Shown: positions 48,211 through 58,657 of the stretch, in pieces
How positions within the stretch are numbered: position 1 is the stretch's first letter
Layout: every line of letters begins with the position of its first letter
Assembly: GCA_040905565.1 (NCBI GenBank)
Contig: JBBDRF010000092.1
Location: 1-64,000 of the forward strand
DNA length: 64,000 nucleotides
Direction of reading: 5' to 3'
Origin: Phycisphaeraceae bacterium
GTDB lineage: Bacteria > Planctomycetota > Phycisphaerae > Phycisphaerales > Zrk34
Notes under the pieces: generated by a model
Seen by the model: only the letters and a program-made list of their open reading frames with translations
Told to the model about the DNA's origin: nothing
Databases searched by the model: none
Translations under genes and position numbers: made by a program

Positions 48211-49704
48211 ATGGCCCACGACCACGACCACGATCATGACACCGCCACCGCCGACTTCGAGGCTGGGGTGAAGATCGAAGATGCCGGCCCAGCCCGGAAG
48301 AAGCTCACCGTCGAGATCCCCGCCGAGGCGATCCAGACCAAGCTCTCCGAAGGCTTCGAGGCCCTCAAAGACGAAGCGACCATCCCCGGCTTCCGGCGCG
48401 GCCGCGTGCCGATGCGGCTGCTGGAGAAACGCTTCGGCACCGACGTCCGCAAGGAAACGCTCAACCAGCTGCTCGGTGAAGCTTACTCGCAGGCCGTCGA
48501 AAAGAACGAGCTTCGCGTGCTGGGCGAGCCTGAAATCAAGGACATGGAGAAGATCGAACTCCCGGACGACGGCCCCTTGAGCTTCGAGGCTGAGGTCGAG
48601 GTCGTCCCCGAGGTCAAGCTTCCGGACATTGCAAAGCTTGAGGTCAAGAAACCCGCCGTCGAGGTGGCTGACGATCGCATCGACAGTGAGCTTGAGCGCT
48701 ACCGCGAGATGTACGGCAGCCCGAAGACGGTGTCCGAGACCGACTACAACGACTTCGTCACCGCCGACGTTGAAGTGCGTGACGCTGAGGGCGAGGTGGT
48801 TCAGGAATCGCCTCAGACGCAGATGCTGGTGCCGGGCGAGCAGCGGAAGTTCAAGGGCGTCGTGGCGGGCATCGTCGTCGATGACCTCGGCAAGAAGCTG
48901 GTGAACAAGAAGGCTGGCGAAACGATCACGCTGGAAGTCACCGGCCCTGCGCAGCACGAAGTCGAAGCGATGCGTGACGCGAAGCTGACCGTCGACATCG
49001 CCATCAACAGCGTTCAGCGCCAGCAGCCGATGCCGATGGAAGAGCTGATCGAAGCGGCGGGCGTGGAGAACGAAGAAGAACTGCGGACGCAGCTTCGCGA
49101 GCGCCTCGAGCAGCAGGCCGAGGCTGAGCAGAAGCAGGCGATGGGCTCGCAGGTTGTCGACTTCCTCCTGGACAACGTGGACATGGAACTGCCCGAGCGG
49201 CTTACCGCTCGCCAGGCCGGCCAGGTGCTACAGCGTCAGGCGATGGAGATGATGTACCGCGGTGCGACGCAGGAAGACATCGAAAATCAGCTGGCTGAGC
49301 TTCGTGCTGCTTCTGAGGAAGACGCCCAGCGGGAGCTGAAGGTGCTGTTCATTCTCGAGGCCGTCGCGCGTGAGCATGAGATTGATGTGGATGAAGCGGA
49401 AGTCAACGGCCGCGTCTTCCAGATGGCGATGCAGCAGAACCGCAGGCCCGAGCGCGTGCGTGAGGAGATGCAGCAGAACGGCCAGCTGAATCAGATCTTC
49501 GTCCAGCTTCGCGAGCAGAAGGCCATCGAAAAGCTGCTTGAGCAGGCGAAAGTGACCGAGATCTCCGCTGAGGAGTGGAACAAGCAGCAGGAAGCTGAAG
49601 CGGAAGCCGACGAAAAGAAGAAGCCCGCCAAGACGACCAAGAAGACCGCCAAGGGCTCGAAGAAGAAGGCCGAGGACAAGACCGACGACGCCGAGAAGGA
49701 GTAG
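48211..49704 (+). CDS. tig: trigger factor
   Basis: IPGFRRGRVP ribosome-binding motif, FEAEVEVVPE and C-terminal chaperone domain. Confidence 0.92.
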   Translation: MAHDHDHDHDTATADFEAGVKIEDAGPARKKLTVEIPAEAIQTKLSEGFEALKDEATIPGFRRGRVPMRLLEKRFGTDVRKETLNQLLGEAYSQAVEKNELRVLGEPEIKDMEKIELPDDGPLSFEAEVEVVPEVKLPDIAKLEVKKPAVEVADDRIDSELERYREMYGSPKTVSETDYNDFVTADVEVRDAEGEVVQESPQTQMLVPGEQRKFKGVVAGIVVDDLGKKLVNKKAGETITLEVTGPAQHEVEAMRDAKLTVDIAINSVQRQQPMPMEELIEAAGVENEEELRTQLRERLEQQAEAEQKQAMGSQVVDFLLDNVDMELPERLTARQAGQVLQRQAMEMMYRGATQEDIENQLAELRAASEEDAQRELKVLFILEAVAREHEIDVDEAEVNGRVFQMAMQQNRRPERVREEMQQNGQLNQIFVQLREQKAIEKLLEQAKVTEISAEEWNKQQEAEAEADEKKKPAKTTKKTAKGSKKKAEDKTDDAEKE

Positions 49705-49744
49705 CTGCGGATCGGCCTGATGCCGATGTGTAGCGTCTTCATCG

Positions 49745-50113
49745 ATGAACAGCCTGGTGCTCGCAATCAGCTCGAACGTCTGGGACGTCGTCACGTGGAC
49801 GGTCGTCTTCCTGGTGCTGCTGGTGGTCGGCTTCGTCGCCGTCGCAGCGGTGCGCAAGCACTTCCGCGAGGATGACGCACCGAGCGTCGGGGGCATGGGC
49901 TTCACGCTCAACCAGCTTCGGCAGATGCGGCGTGACGGCGAGATCAACGACGAACAGTACGAAAAGCTCCGGCAGCACATCATCGGTAGCGTGGCGGCTG
50001 AAACCGCCGACCCGAAGCCCGACAAGCCCGCCCGGCCACCTTCGCCGAAGGGCAGAAACGGCGACCCGGACGACGGTCCGCAAGACCGCGACCGGGGAGG
50101 ACCGGATAACTAA
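49745..50113 (+). CDS. small membrane protein with SHOCT-like motif
   Basis: One TM followed by LNQLRQMRRDGEINDEQYEKLR. Confidence 0.7.
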   Translation: MNSLVLAISSNVWDVVTWTVVFLVLLVVGFVAVAAVRKHFREDDAPSVGGMGFTLNQLRQMRRDGEINDEQYEKLRQHIIGSVAAETADPKPDKPARPPSPKGRNGDPDDGPQDRDRGGPDN

Positions 50114-50288
50114 AGGGGTGATTCCACCCCGGTCAACGGGTAGAATAGGGATCGACCGGGGTCAGGTGCCGACCACGTAATCGACGGCGGTGCGACCCCC
50201 TAAAGCCGGCGCGGCAGCAACGGCAGACGTCACGTGCCTGCACAGTTTATACAGACACAATCCCCTCGGATAAGTAGAAAGCAACGAT

Positions 50289-51638
50289 ATGGCCAGTCAG
50301 TCAAAAGGTGGATCAAAGAAAAGCGGCGGAGGCGGCGGCAGCGGCACCGGCGGTAGTGGTGGGGGCGGCGGCGGAGGAGGCGGCTTTCGTGGCCGCAAAG
50401 TGACCACCTGTTCGTTCTGTGGCAAGAACTCCCGTGAAGTCGGCCCCATGGTCGAAGGCCCAAACGACGCGTACATCTGCGCCAACTGCACCGAGCTTTG
50501 CCAGAACATCTTCAAGCAGGAGAAGCGGCGGGTATCCGACTCCGGGCCCCTGTTCAGTTCCATCCCTTCGCCCAAGCAGGTGAAGGAGTTCATGGACCAG
50601 TACATCGTCGGGCAGGAATCGCCGAAGAAGTCGCTCGCCGTGGCGGTGCACAATCACTACAAACGGCTTTCCGCAGCGGACGATGCCGAGGCGAACGACG
50701 TTGAACTCGAAAAATCGAACGTGATGCTGATCGGGCCCACCGGCTCGGGCAAAACGTTGATGGCGCGCACGCTGGCGCGGATGCTGAACGTGCCCTTCGC
50801 CATCGGCGACGCGACCACGCTGACCGAAGCGGGCTACGTCGGCGAAGACGTGGAGAACCTGCTGCTGAAGCTGCTGCAAGCTGCGGATTACGATCTTGAA
50901 GCGGCGCAGCGCGGCATCATCTTCATCGACGAAATCGACAAGATCGGTCGCACGTCGCAGAACGTTTCCATCACCCGCGATGTCAGCGGCGAAGGCGTGC
51001 AGCAGGCGCTGCTGAAAATGCTCGAAGGCACCACGGCCAACGTGCCCCCGCAGGGCGGCCGCAAGCACCCCGAGCAGCAGTACATCCAGATGGATACGTC
51101 CAACATCCTCTTCATCTGCGGCGGCGCGTTCGTCGGCATTGAGGATATTGTCCGCAGGCGTCTTGGGGCCAGCCGCATCGGCTTCGCCACCGAGCAGGGC
51201 AGTGAACGGCGTACCACCCAGCGCGACGCGGCCCTCTCCGAGGTCACCACGGACGACGTGCTTGAGTACGGCCTCATCCCCGAACTCGTCGGCCGACTGC
51301 CCGTCGTCGTCCCCCTCGCACCGCTGACGGAGAACGACCTGGTCCGCATCCTGACCGAGCCGAAAAACGCGCTGGTTAAGCAGTTTCAGCACTTCTTCTC
51401 GATGGAAGACGCGGAACTGGAATTCACCGAAGGGGCGCTGTTGGCCATCGCTCACAAGGCGATGACCCGCGAAACCGGTGCCCGTGCCCTGCGTGGCATT
51501 CTCGAGGAGGTCATGCTCGACCTGATGTACGAGCTGCCCGACCTTGAAAGCCGCAACGTGAAGTACGTCGTCGATGCGGACGTGATCGAAGGCAAGAAGA
51601 CCCTCGCCGACATGGAACAGGTGAAGAAGTCCGCCTGA
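50289..51638 (+). CDS. clpX: Clp protease ATPase ClpX
   Basis: CSFCGK...ICANC zinc finger, [21 protein letters not shown] loop and TGARALR. Confidence 0.96.
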   Translation: MASQSKGGSKKSGGGGGSGTGGSGGGGGGGGGFRGRKVTTCSFCGKNSREVGPMVEGPNDAYICANCTELCQNIFKQEKRRVSDSGPLFSSIPSPKQVKEFMDQYIVGQESPKKSLAVAVHNHYKRLSAADDAEANDVELEKSNVMLIGPTGSGKTLMARTLARMLNVPFAIGDATTLTEAGYVGEDVENLLLKLLQAADYDLEAAQRGIIFIDEIDKIGRTSQNVSITRDVSGEGVQQALLKMLEGTTANVPPQGGRKHPEQQYIQMDTSNILFICGGAFVGIEDIVRRRLGASRIGFATEQGSERRTTQRDAALSEVTTDDVLEYGLIPELVGRLPVVVPLAPLTENDLVRILTEPKNALVKQFQHFFSMEDAELEFTEGALLAIAHKAMTRETGARALRGILEEVMLDLMYELPDLESRNVKYVVDADVIEGKKTLADMEQVKKSA

Positions 51639-51670
51639 CCTCTCGGAAAGCGTCGAAAAAAATTCATGAA

Positions 51671-51699
51671 GAGCCGGGCTGTCCACAGCCCGGTTTTTT
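51671..51699 (+). terminator. Rho-independent terminator
   Basis: GCCGGGCTG-TCCA-CAGCCCGGT stem-loop followed by a T tract. Confidence 0.85.
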
Positions 51700-51938
51700 A
51701 ATGCGCGGTTTGCCGGGGCAGGCTTTGGCTCGGTGTATCCGGTTAAGGAAGTGTCATCGCCGATCACGGGTCACACGTGGTTTCCAGGCAGATTGCGAGT
51801 AGGAGGCGCGGGGCAAGCCGACGCGTTTGAACTGGAAGAAGGGTCACGACTGTTTCGCTACCGGCAACGAACGCAGACGGGGCGCGGCGAGATGGTCGAT
51901 ATCTATTTGTTTCTGGAAGACGACGAGCGTTAGCGATT

Positions 51939-52544
51939 TCAGATCGCCGGGCGTTGGTCGAAGAGGGGGGGGATCGCTTTGAGGATGGTTTCGGGTTCGC
52001 TCATGCGGCCGACGCCTCTGGTGCGGCAGGCCTGCCAGCCTTCTTCGGGGCCGACCGTGTGGTAGCCGAGGTCGTTCTTGAGGATGCGCAGGTTCTTCTG
52101 CGTGATCGCGTGCTGCCACATCTGCTCGTTCATCGCGGGGGCAAGCAGGACGGGCGTCGTGGTCGGCAACGCAGCGGCAACGATAGTGACGACGTTGTCA
52201 CACAGGCCGTGCGCCAGCTTCGCGATGGTGTTCGTCGAGGCTGGGGCGATGATCATGGCATCGGCTGAGCGGGCGAGGGCGATGTGCTGTGAATCGTGGG
52301 CGTCGTATGCCTGCCAGGGCGAGGTATGGACGGGCCTGCCGGAGAGCGATTCGAAAGTCATCGGGGTGACGAACCGCGTCGCGGCGTCGGACATCAGAAC
52401 GGTAACGCTGGCCCCACCCTGAGCGAGTCGGCTGACGAGTGTGCAGGTTTTGTAGCAGGCGATGCCGCCGGTCAAGGCAACGATCAGCGACCGCTCATGG
52501 AACGGCGGCGGCGGTGGCGGGAGGCGGTCGGCCGATTCAGGCAT
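51939..52544 (-). CDS. coaC: phosphopantothenoylcysteine decarboxylase (stand-alone flavoprotein)
   Basis: TGGIACYK, HIALAR, APASTNTIAKLAHG, APAMN and ACR..G.GRMSEP motifs. Confidence 0.85.
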   Translation of the reverse strand: MPESADRLPPPPPPFHERSLIVALTGGIACYKTCTLVSRLAQGGASVTVLMSDAATRFVTPMTFESLSGRPVHTSPWQAYDAHDSQHIALARSADAMIIAPASTNTIAKLAHGLCDNVVTIVAAALPTTTPVLLAPAMNEQMWQHAITQKNLRILKNDLGYHTVGPEEGWQACRTRGVGRMSEPETILKAIPPLFDQRPAI

Positions 52545-52655
52545 CGCGACGTTCCGTGGAGACTGATTCTGAAAAACCTCAGCGCGTGGCAAGACCGCAG
52601 GGCGAGGCCCCACGTTTTGCCTATGCTCAAGCCCCAACGCCCCGGTGGCGGGGTT

Positions 52656-52886
52656 TTAGTGGAGGGCTTCGCGGGGCGGGGTGATGTTCGACGCTTCGTA
52701 GTCGATGGCGATCTTTTCTTCGAGCACCTCAGCGATGGCGAGTTCGAGATCGCTGCGGCCCTTGCGTTCGACCAGCGGGCGTGCGCCGTCGAGCAGTTCG
52801 CGCCAGCGGTGCTGAACGAGTGCGGTCATCTTGAAGCGGCCGCCGACTTTGCGGACAATTTCGTCGCTCTTGAGTGATTCAATCAT
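52656..52886 (-). CDS. rpoZ: RNA polymerase omega subunit
   Basis: KVGGRFKMTALV..R.REL..GA.PLV...AI.EV...KI pattern; GGGAGG RBS; adjacent to coaC. Confidence 0.85.
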   Translation of the reverse strand: MIESLKSDEIVRKVGGRFKMTALVQHRWRELLDGARPLVERKGRSDLELAIAEVLEEKIAIDYEASNITPPREALH

Positions 52887-53071
52887 TGAATAAGCCTCCC
52901 TGGGCAAAGCCCCATACTTTAGCCGCTCATGATGCCCATAGCAAACGGCGATAGCGGGCGATCGAAGATCCGCGCTGCGTTTGGCGGGCGGGCCATGAAC
53001 TCAAGGCAGGCCGCTGCTTGCGGGGGGGCGGGGAGGCTTTAGAATGCCGGATTGGGCATTGGAGGCCTTTC

Positions 53072-54376
53072 ATGAATGTACTGATCATCGGAAGCGGCGG
53101 GCGTGAGCATGCGCTTGGCTGGAAACTGAAACAGAGCAAGCGCTGCGGCAAGCTCTTCTTCGCTTCGGGCAACGCCGGTACGGCTGCGCTGGGACAGAAT
53201 GTGAAGATCGACCTGGAGCCGGTCAACCAGAAGGCGGTCGACGCGATCGTGCTGTTCTGTCGGCGGAATAAGGTGGAGCTCGTGGTGATCGGGCCGGAGG
53301 ATCCGCTTTCGCAGGGGCTGGCGGACAAGCTGATCAAGTGGGGAGACAAGGGCTTGAAGGTCTTCGGGCCGACGGCTGCGGGGGCACGGCTGGAAGGCGA
53401 CAAGGCCTGGGCGAAACAGCTGATGCGGGCGGCGGCGGTGCCCACGGCAGAGTCTCGCACGTTCACCGATGCCGAGGCGGCGATCTCGTATGTGAACGCG
53501 CATGAGACGCCGGTCGTGGTGAAGGCGGCGGGGCTGGCCAAGGGCAAAGGCGTGGTCGTGTGCAGCGACTCGGCCGAGGCGGAGGCGGCACTGCGACGCA
53601 TCATGATCGACCGCGAGTTCGGCGATGCGGGCGCTACCGTGGTCGTTGAAGAGCGGCTCGTCGGGCAGGAGGTTTCCATCCTGGCGCTGGTCGATGGTCG
53701 GAGCATCTATGTGCTGGAGCCGGCGCAGGATCACAAGCAGGTCGGCGAAGGCGACACCGGCCCGAACACAGGAGGCATGGGCGCGTACACGCCGACGCCG
53801 TTGGTGGACGATGCGATGATGCGCGTTGTCGAGCGGGAGGTGCTGGTGCCGATGGTCGATGCGCTGCGGCGGGAGGGCATCGACTACCGAGGCGTCTTGT
53901 ACGCCGGGCTGATGCTGACGGCGGGCGGGCCGAAGGTTCTGGAATTCAATTGCCGATTCGGGGACCCTGAATGCCAGCCGTTGGTCGTTCGCATGAAGGG
54001 CGATCTTCTGGAGGCGATGCTGGCCGTGGCCGACGGGCGGGCGGACGAGATCGATCTGCGATGGGACAGCCGCGTGGCCTGTTGCGTGGTGATGTGCAGC
54101 GACGGCTACCCGGGCGACTACCCCAAGGGGCTGCCGATCACCGGGCTGAAGGATGCAGAGGCGATGGAGGACGTTTGGGTTTTCCATGCTGGGACGAAAC
54201 TCAGCGGCGACAACGTGCTGACCGACGGCGGCCGGGTGCTGAGCGTGGTGGCACTGGGTGAGGACATCACCGAGGCACGCGACCGGGCGAACGCGGCATG
54301 TGAGAAGATCCACTTCCCGGGGGGCTTTTTCCGTCGGGACATTGGCAACCGCGTGCTCAAGACGCACGCACGCTGA
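53072..54376 (+). CDS. purD: phosphoribosylamine-glycine ligase
   Basis: GSGGREHAL, GLAKGKGV, QDHK..GEGDTGPNTGGMGAY and EFNCRFGDPE motifs. Confidence 0.96.
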   Translation: MNVLIIGSGGREHALGWKLKQSKRCGKLFFASGNAGTAALGQNVKIDLEPVNQKAVDAIVLFCRRNKVELVVIGPEDPLSQGLADKLIKWGDKGLKVFGPTAAGARLEGDKAWAKQLMRAAAVPTAESRTFTDAEAAISYVNAHETPVVVKAAGLAKGKGVVVCSDSAEAEAALRRIMIDREFGDAGATVVVEERLVGQEVSILALVDGRSIYVLEPAQDHKQVGEGDTGPNTGGMGAYTPTPLVDDAMMRVVEREVLVPMVDALRREGIDYRGVLYAGLMLTAGGPKVLEFNCRFGDPECQPLVVRMKGDLLEAMLAVADGRADEIDLRWDSRVACCVVMCSDGYPGDYPKGLPITGLKDAEAMEDVWVFHAGTKLSGDNVLTDGGRVLSVVALGEDITEARDRANAACEKIHFPGGFFRRDIGNRVLKTHAR

Positions 54377-54464
54377 GAGATTGACTCGAGCCTTCGACGG
54401 GCGTTTCATCAGCATCAGGTCGAGCGATCGTTTTATTCGAACCCTCACCAGGGAAAGCCGAGCC

Positions 54465-55814
54465 ATGACGCGTATTAAGACAGGTCAGGAAAACCAGACC
54501 GCAACCGACAAGCCGGCCGCGGAGCGTTACGCGCGGTCGCACGCAGCGTTCACCAAGGCAAAAACGCTGATGCCGGGCGGGGTGAACTCGCCTGTCCGCG
54601 CGTTTGGAGCCGTTGGGGGCGAACCGATCGTCGTGCGTGAGGGCAAGGGCTGCTACGTGATGGACATCGACGGCAATCGCTACGTCGACTACGTCTGCAG
54701 CTATGGACCATTGGTTGCGGGGCATGCGCACCCTGCCGTTGTCGCCGCGGTCACGAAGGCCGTCTCACGCGGGGCCAGCTTTGGCATGCCTACGGAGCTT
54801 GAAACCCAACTGGCGGAGACGGTGGTCAAAGCGGTCGAAGGCGTGGAGCTTGTCCGCTTCGTCAACAGCGGCACCGAGGCGGCGATGAGCGCCATCCGGC
54901 TGGCGCGCGGCGCAACGGGGCGGGCAAAGATCGTCAAAGCGGTCGGCGGCTACCACGGCCATGCCGACGGGATGCTCGTCGAAGCAGGCAGCGGGGCGAC
55001 CACGCTAGGCGTGCCAAGTTCGCCAGGCGTCCCCGCATCGATCACGGCCGACACGCTGCTGATGCCGTTCAACGATCTCGAGGCAGCGGCCCAACTGCTC
55101 ACGGATAATCCGGGCGAAGTCGCGGCCATCATGGTCGAACCAATTGCGGGCAACATGGGCTGCGTGCCGCCGAAGCCCGCCTATCTCGACGGCCTGCGGA
55201 AGCTGTGCGACGAGCACGGCACGCTGCTGATCTTCGACGAAGTCATGACCGGCTTCCGCGTGGACTACGGCGGCGCTCAGGCGGTCTACAGCGTCGATCC
55301 GGACATCACGGTCCTCGGCAAGATCATCGGCGGGGGCATCCCCTGTGCCGCTTACGGCGCGAGCGAAAAACTGATGCGGCAGATGTCGCCCGACGGGCCG
55401 ATCTACCAGGCGGGCACGCTCAGCGGCAATCCCGTGGCGATGGCGTCGGGCCTGGCCACGCTTGAACTGTTGCGGGAAGCGGGGGCGTATCAGCACCTTG
55501 AGCAGATGGCGGCCATGCTCGAACAGGGCCTCGCCTCCGAAGCCTCCAAGGCCAAAGTGCCGGTACGGATCAACCGGGTGGGCTCGATGCTGACCGTCTT
55601 CTTTACCGATCGCAAGGTACAAAACTACGTCGACGCGACAGCTTCGGATACGCAGGCGTTCGGGCGGTTCTTCCATGCGATGCTCGATCGAGGCGTGGCC
55701 CTGCCGCCTAGCCAGTTCGAAGCGTGGTTCGTCAGCCTGGCGCACGATCAGGAATCGATCGACGCCACGGTCAAAGCAGCCGCCGAGGCGTTCGCCCTCG
55801 TCGCTGCGGGTTGA
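54465..55814 (+). CDS. hemL: glutamate-1-semialdehyde 2,1-aminomutase
   Basis: PGGVNSPVRAF, NSGTEA, DEVMTGFR, GKIIGGG and YQAGTLSGNP motifs. Confidence 0.96.
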   Translation: MTRIKTGQENQTATDKPAAERYARSHAAFTKAKTLMPGGVNSPVRAFGAVGGEPIVVREGKGCYVMDIDGNRYVDYVCSYGPLVAGHAHPAVVAAVTKAVSRGASFGMPTELETQLAETVVKAVEGVELVRFVNSGTEAAMSAIRLARGATGRAKIVKAVGGYHGHADGMLVEAGSGATTLGVPSSPGVPASITADTLLMPFNDLEAAAQLLTDNPGEVAAIMVEPIAGNMGCVPPKPAYLDGLRKLCDEHGTLLIFDEVMTGFRVDYGGAQAVYSVDPDITVLGKIIGGGIPCAAYGASEKLMRQMSPDGPIYQAGTLSGNPVAMASGLATLELLREAGAYQHLEQMAAMLEQGLASEASKAKVPVRINRVGSMLTVFFTDRKVQNYVDATASDTQAFGRFFHAMLDRGVALPPSQFEAWFVSLAHDQESIDATVKAAAEAFALVAAG

Positions 55815-55833
55815 GATATTCGGGAACCAAAAG

Positions 55834-55876
55834 AAAAAGCGGCCGCCTGTCGATGTGACGGGCGGCCGCTTGTTTG
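55834..55876. terminator. bidirectional terminator between hemL and the flotillin gene
   Basis: AAGCGGCCGCCTGTC-GATGT-GACGGGCGGCCGCTT flanked by A- and T-rich runs. Confidence 0.8.
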
Positions 55877-55892
55877 TTCCGCTCAGGTCAGC

Positions 55893-57725
55893 TTACGCGT
55901 CGCCGTCGCCGTCGTCGTCGCTCGACTTCGTTGAACGACCCGCCTTGCCGCCGTTGGTCTTCTCGGCTTTTGCCGTGGCAGCGGCTCGAGTTGGGGCGGT
56001 CGCCGTCGGGGCCTCGTCATCGCCGCCGTTGGCGGGTTCGGCTGGGGTGGAACGTGCCGCTGAGGTCAGCCCGTGAATGTCCGAGCCCGTGAGCCCGATC
56101 TCGCTCAGCAGCGAATCCAGCAGCGGCGCCTGGCCGCGATAACGCAGCGCACTGTTGACGACCTGGTCGGCGAGATTGCCTGAGCCGTTGCTGCTCGCTT
56201 CGCCGTTACCGTTGGCGGAACCGTTCCCGCCGCCGCCGCCGAGCCCTTCGACGGAGTAGATGCGGATGCCTTCGATCTGCTCCATCGGCTTGACCGACTC
56301 GCGGATGATGCCTTCCATCTTCTCCAGAATCGTCGTCTTGATCCGCAACGCGATGATCTCGGTCGAGAGCACATTCTCCGCTTCGTGCAGCTTCCGCTTA
56401 CCTTCCGCGTCCACGGCGTACTGCTTCTCGGCGGCCTCGGCGGTAATCTTCACGCGGTCCGCCTCGGCGTTGGCTTCGGTTCGCACCGCTTCGGCGCGGT
56501 CCTCCGCAGCAGCGCGGTCGGCCTCGGCGGAGACCTTGATCCCGATCGCGTCGCGCTCAGCTTGTTCGCTGGCGCGCACCAGTTCGATGGCCTTGGCGCG
56601 CTCAGCACGCTCGGTCTCACGCACCGTTTCGACGCCTTCCTCCGCCTTCACCGCGAGCGCCAGCGCCTGATCCGCCTCGGCCTCAGCTTCCGACTGACTC
56701 CGTGATTTCTCCGCCACAGCGATCCGCTTATCCTGCTCCGCCAGTTCCACCGACCGCTGCTTGTTAATCTCACGCTCGCGCAGTTGCCGATCCTTCTCGA
56801 TGCGTTCTTCTTCGACGGCCCGCTGCGACATGATGTCCGCCTGATCGACCCGCTGCTTCGCCGCGATCCGCGCCTGCTGGGCAGCCTGATCCTTCTCCGC
56901 CTGCTCGCGCGCGGTCAGCGCATCTTCCTCGGCCCGCCGAACCGCCACTTCACGCGACTGAGCCATGCGGGCGTATTCCTCTTCACGCTTGACCTGCAGA
57001 GTGTACTGTTCAGCTTCGAGGTTCTTACGCTGGATCTGCACCTCCGTGTCACGCTCAACATCGTTACGCTGCTTACGGCGGGCTTCGATCTCCTCGGTCA
57101 GCCGGGTAAGGCCCTGCGCATCGAACGCGTTGTTCGGGTTGAAGTACTGCTGATCGGTCTGATCGAGCGCCGTCAGCGAAACCGATTCAAGTTCCATGCC
57201 GTTTTTCAGCAGGTCTTCCGAGACGGCCTGCTGTACTTTCTGCACGAAATCCACGCGGTTCTCGTGCAGTTCTTCCATGGTCATGCCCGCGGCGACGGCA
57301 CGCAGGGCGTCGACGAACTTGCCTTCGACCAGATCCTTGAGGGCTTCGGGATCCATCGTGCGCTTGCCGAGCGTCTGGGCGGCATCGGCGATGGCTTCGA
57401 CCGTGGGCTTCACGCGGACATAGAACTCCGCTCTCACATCCACACGCATGCGGTCGCGCGTGATGAGGGCCCCCTGGTCGCCGCCGCGCCATACCTCCAG
57501 GCGAAGCGTGTTCATGTTCACCTGGATCACTTCGTGGAGGACGGGGAAGACCATCGCACCGCCGTTCATGATCACCCGCTGTCCGCGGAAGCCGGTCCGT
57601 ACGAACGAACGTTCCTTCGATGCCCGGCGGTAGAGCCTGGAGAGAATCATCCCCACGATCAGGAGAACAAAGAGAAACCCGATCCCACCCCCGACGATCC
57701 ACATGATAATTTCCGATGTCGGCAT
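55893..57725 (-). CDS. flotillin family protein (YqiK-like)
   Basis: N-terminal TM, SPFH domain (LITRDRMRVDV.AEFYVRV, LESVSLT, NNAFDAQGL), EA-rich coiled coil and SVKPMEQIEGI. Confidence 0.9.
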   Translation of the reverse strand: MPTSEIIMWIVGGGIGFLFVLLIVGMILSRLYRRASKERSFVRTGFRGQRVIMNGGAMVFPVLHEVIQVNMNTLRLEVWRGGDQGALITRDRMRVDVRAEFYVRVKPTVEAIADAAQTLGKRTMDPEALKDLVEGKFVDALRAVAAGMTMEELHENRVDFVQKVQQAVSEDLLKNGMELESVSLTALDQTDQQYFNPNNAFDAQGLTRLTEEIEARRKQRNDVERDTEVQIQRKNLEAEQYTLQVKREEEYARMAQSREVAVRRAEEDALTAREQAEKDQAAQQARIAAKQRVDQADIMSQRAVEEERIEKDRQLREREINKQRSVELAEQDKRIAVAEKSRSQSEAEAEADQALALAVKAEEGVETVRETERAERAKAIELVRASEQAERDAIGIKVSAEADRAAAEDRAEAVRTEANAEADRVKITAEAAEKQYAVDAEGKRKLHEAENVLSTEIIALRIKTTILEKMEGIIRESVKPMEQIEGIRIYSVEGLGGGGGNGSANGNGEASSNGSGNLADQVVNSALRYRGQAPLLDSLLSEIGLTGSDIHGLTSAARSTPAEPANGGDDEAPTATAPTRAAATAKAEKTNGGKAGRSTKSSDDDGDGDA

Positions 57726-57889
57726 GAACTGCCTCCTGCTTCTGGTTGCCTCGCGCCGTCGGCGCCAAGTGTTGGATCCGCGACACCCCGAACGTCTGCG
57801 CGGGTGTCACAACGATGCGCCTGCTCGGCGCTGTCTGCTTAGCCGGCGTATGTGCGTGGCACGCCCGGACTGTGAATTTTCGCGAAGCG

Positions 57890-58576
57890 CTAATCTACGA
57901 GCGCTTCGTTGGGATTGTCGATCGCGCGGAATACCGCGCCCTCCCGGCCGATCAGCAGCACGTTCGTGCCCTGCTCGAAGGAAGTTTCCGCATCGTCGGG
58001 CTCGACCATGACGTAGTGCGAAAGACCGAAGGAATCTTTCAGCCGGGCCTGCGCCGGATTGCCCATGCGTGCGGTTCCCAAAGTGATACACGCAACGCGT
58101 CCGACAAACTTGCTTTCAGAGACGGCTTCCGTCTCATCTTTGGGAATCACCTTCGCCAGCACCCCGCCGGTGACGTGGACGAAGTAGATGGCCGCGACGA
58201 AGACGGGCCAGACCGCCAGCCATGCGGGAAGGGGCGCCTGGAATGTGGCGACCATGGCGGCCTGGAAGAACAGCCCAATGAAGCCGAACGCGAAGAGGTA
58301 GACGACCAACAGAATCAGCACGGGCACGCGGCCGATGCGGAGCCAGCCGAGCAGCTTCGTGATCGGGCCGTGGGAGGAGACGTCGCCAAGATCAAAATCG
58401 CCGGGCTCCAGGCCGACGTCCACATCGACATCGACTTCGGGCAGCAGCGAATCAAGAAAGCTCGAAACGCCCAGTCCGAGCACCGCCGTGACGCCCTCGA
58501 GCAGGCCGAGCATGACCATCGCGCCCAGGGAGATCATGAACGGGATATTCTCAGCTGTTAAGAAGAAATCAGTCAT
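57890..58576 (-). CDS. YqiJ-like (NfeD-type OB-fold) membrane protein
   Basis: N.PF..., LGWL.IGRVP..ILL, VGRVA.I..G, QAR.KD.FG..HY.MVEP pattern. Confidence 0.85.
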   Translation of the reverse strand: MTDFFLTAENIPFMISLGAMVMLGLLEGVTAVLGLGVSSFLDSLLPEVDVDVDVGLEPGDFDLGDVSSHGPITKLLGWLRIGRVPVLILLVVYLFAFGFIGLFFQAAMVATFQAPLPAWLAVWPVFVAAIYFVHVTGGVLAKVIPKDETEAVSESKFVGRVACITLGTARMGNPAQARLKDSFGLSHYVMVEPDDAETSFEQGTNVLLIGREGAVFRAIDNPNEALVD

Positions 58577-58657
58577 GAGAGGCACCCCAGATCACGCCCA
58601 TGTTACCCCGTCGGCCGGAGCGCAGATAGCGTTGTGTCACCGCGTGGCTGCGAAATT

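Noticed and set aside
51733..51933. 66-aa ORF after the clpX terminator
   Set aside because: GTG start without a clear RBS or promoter and no recognisable family; cannot be supported
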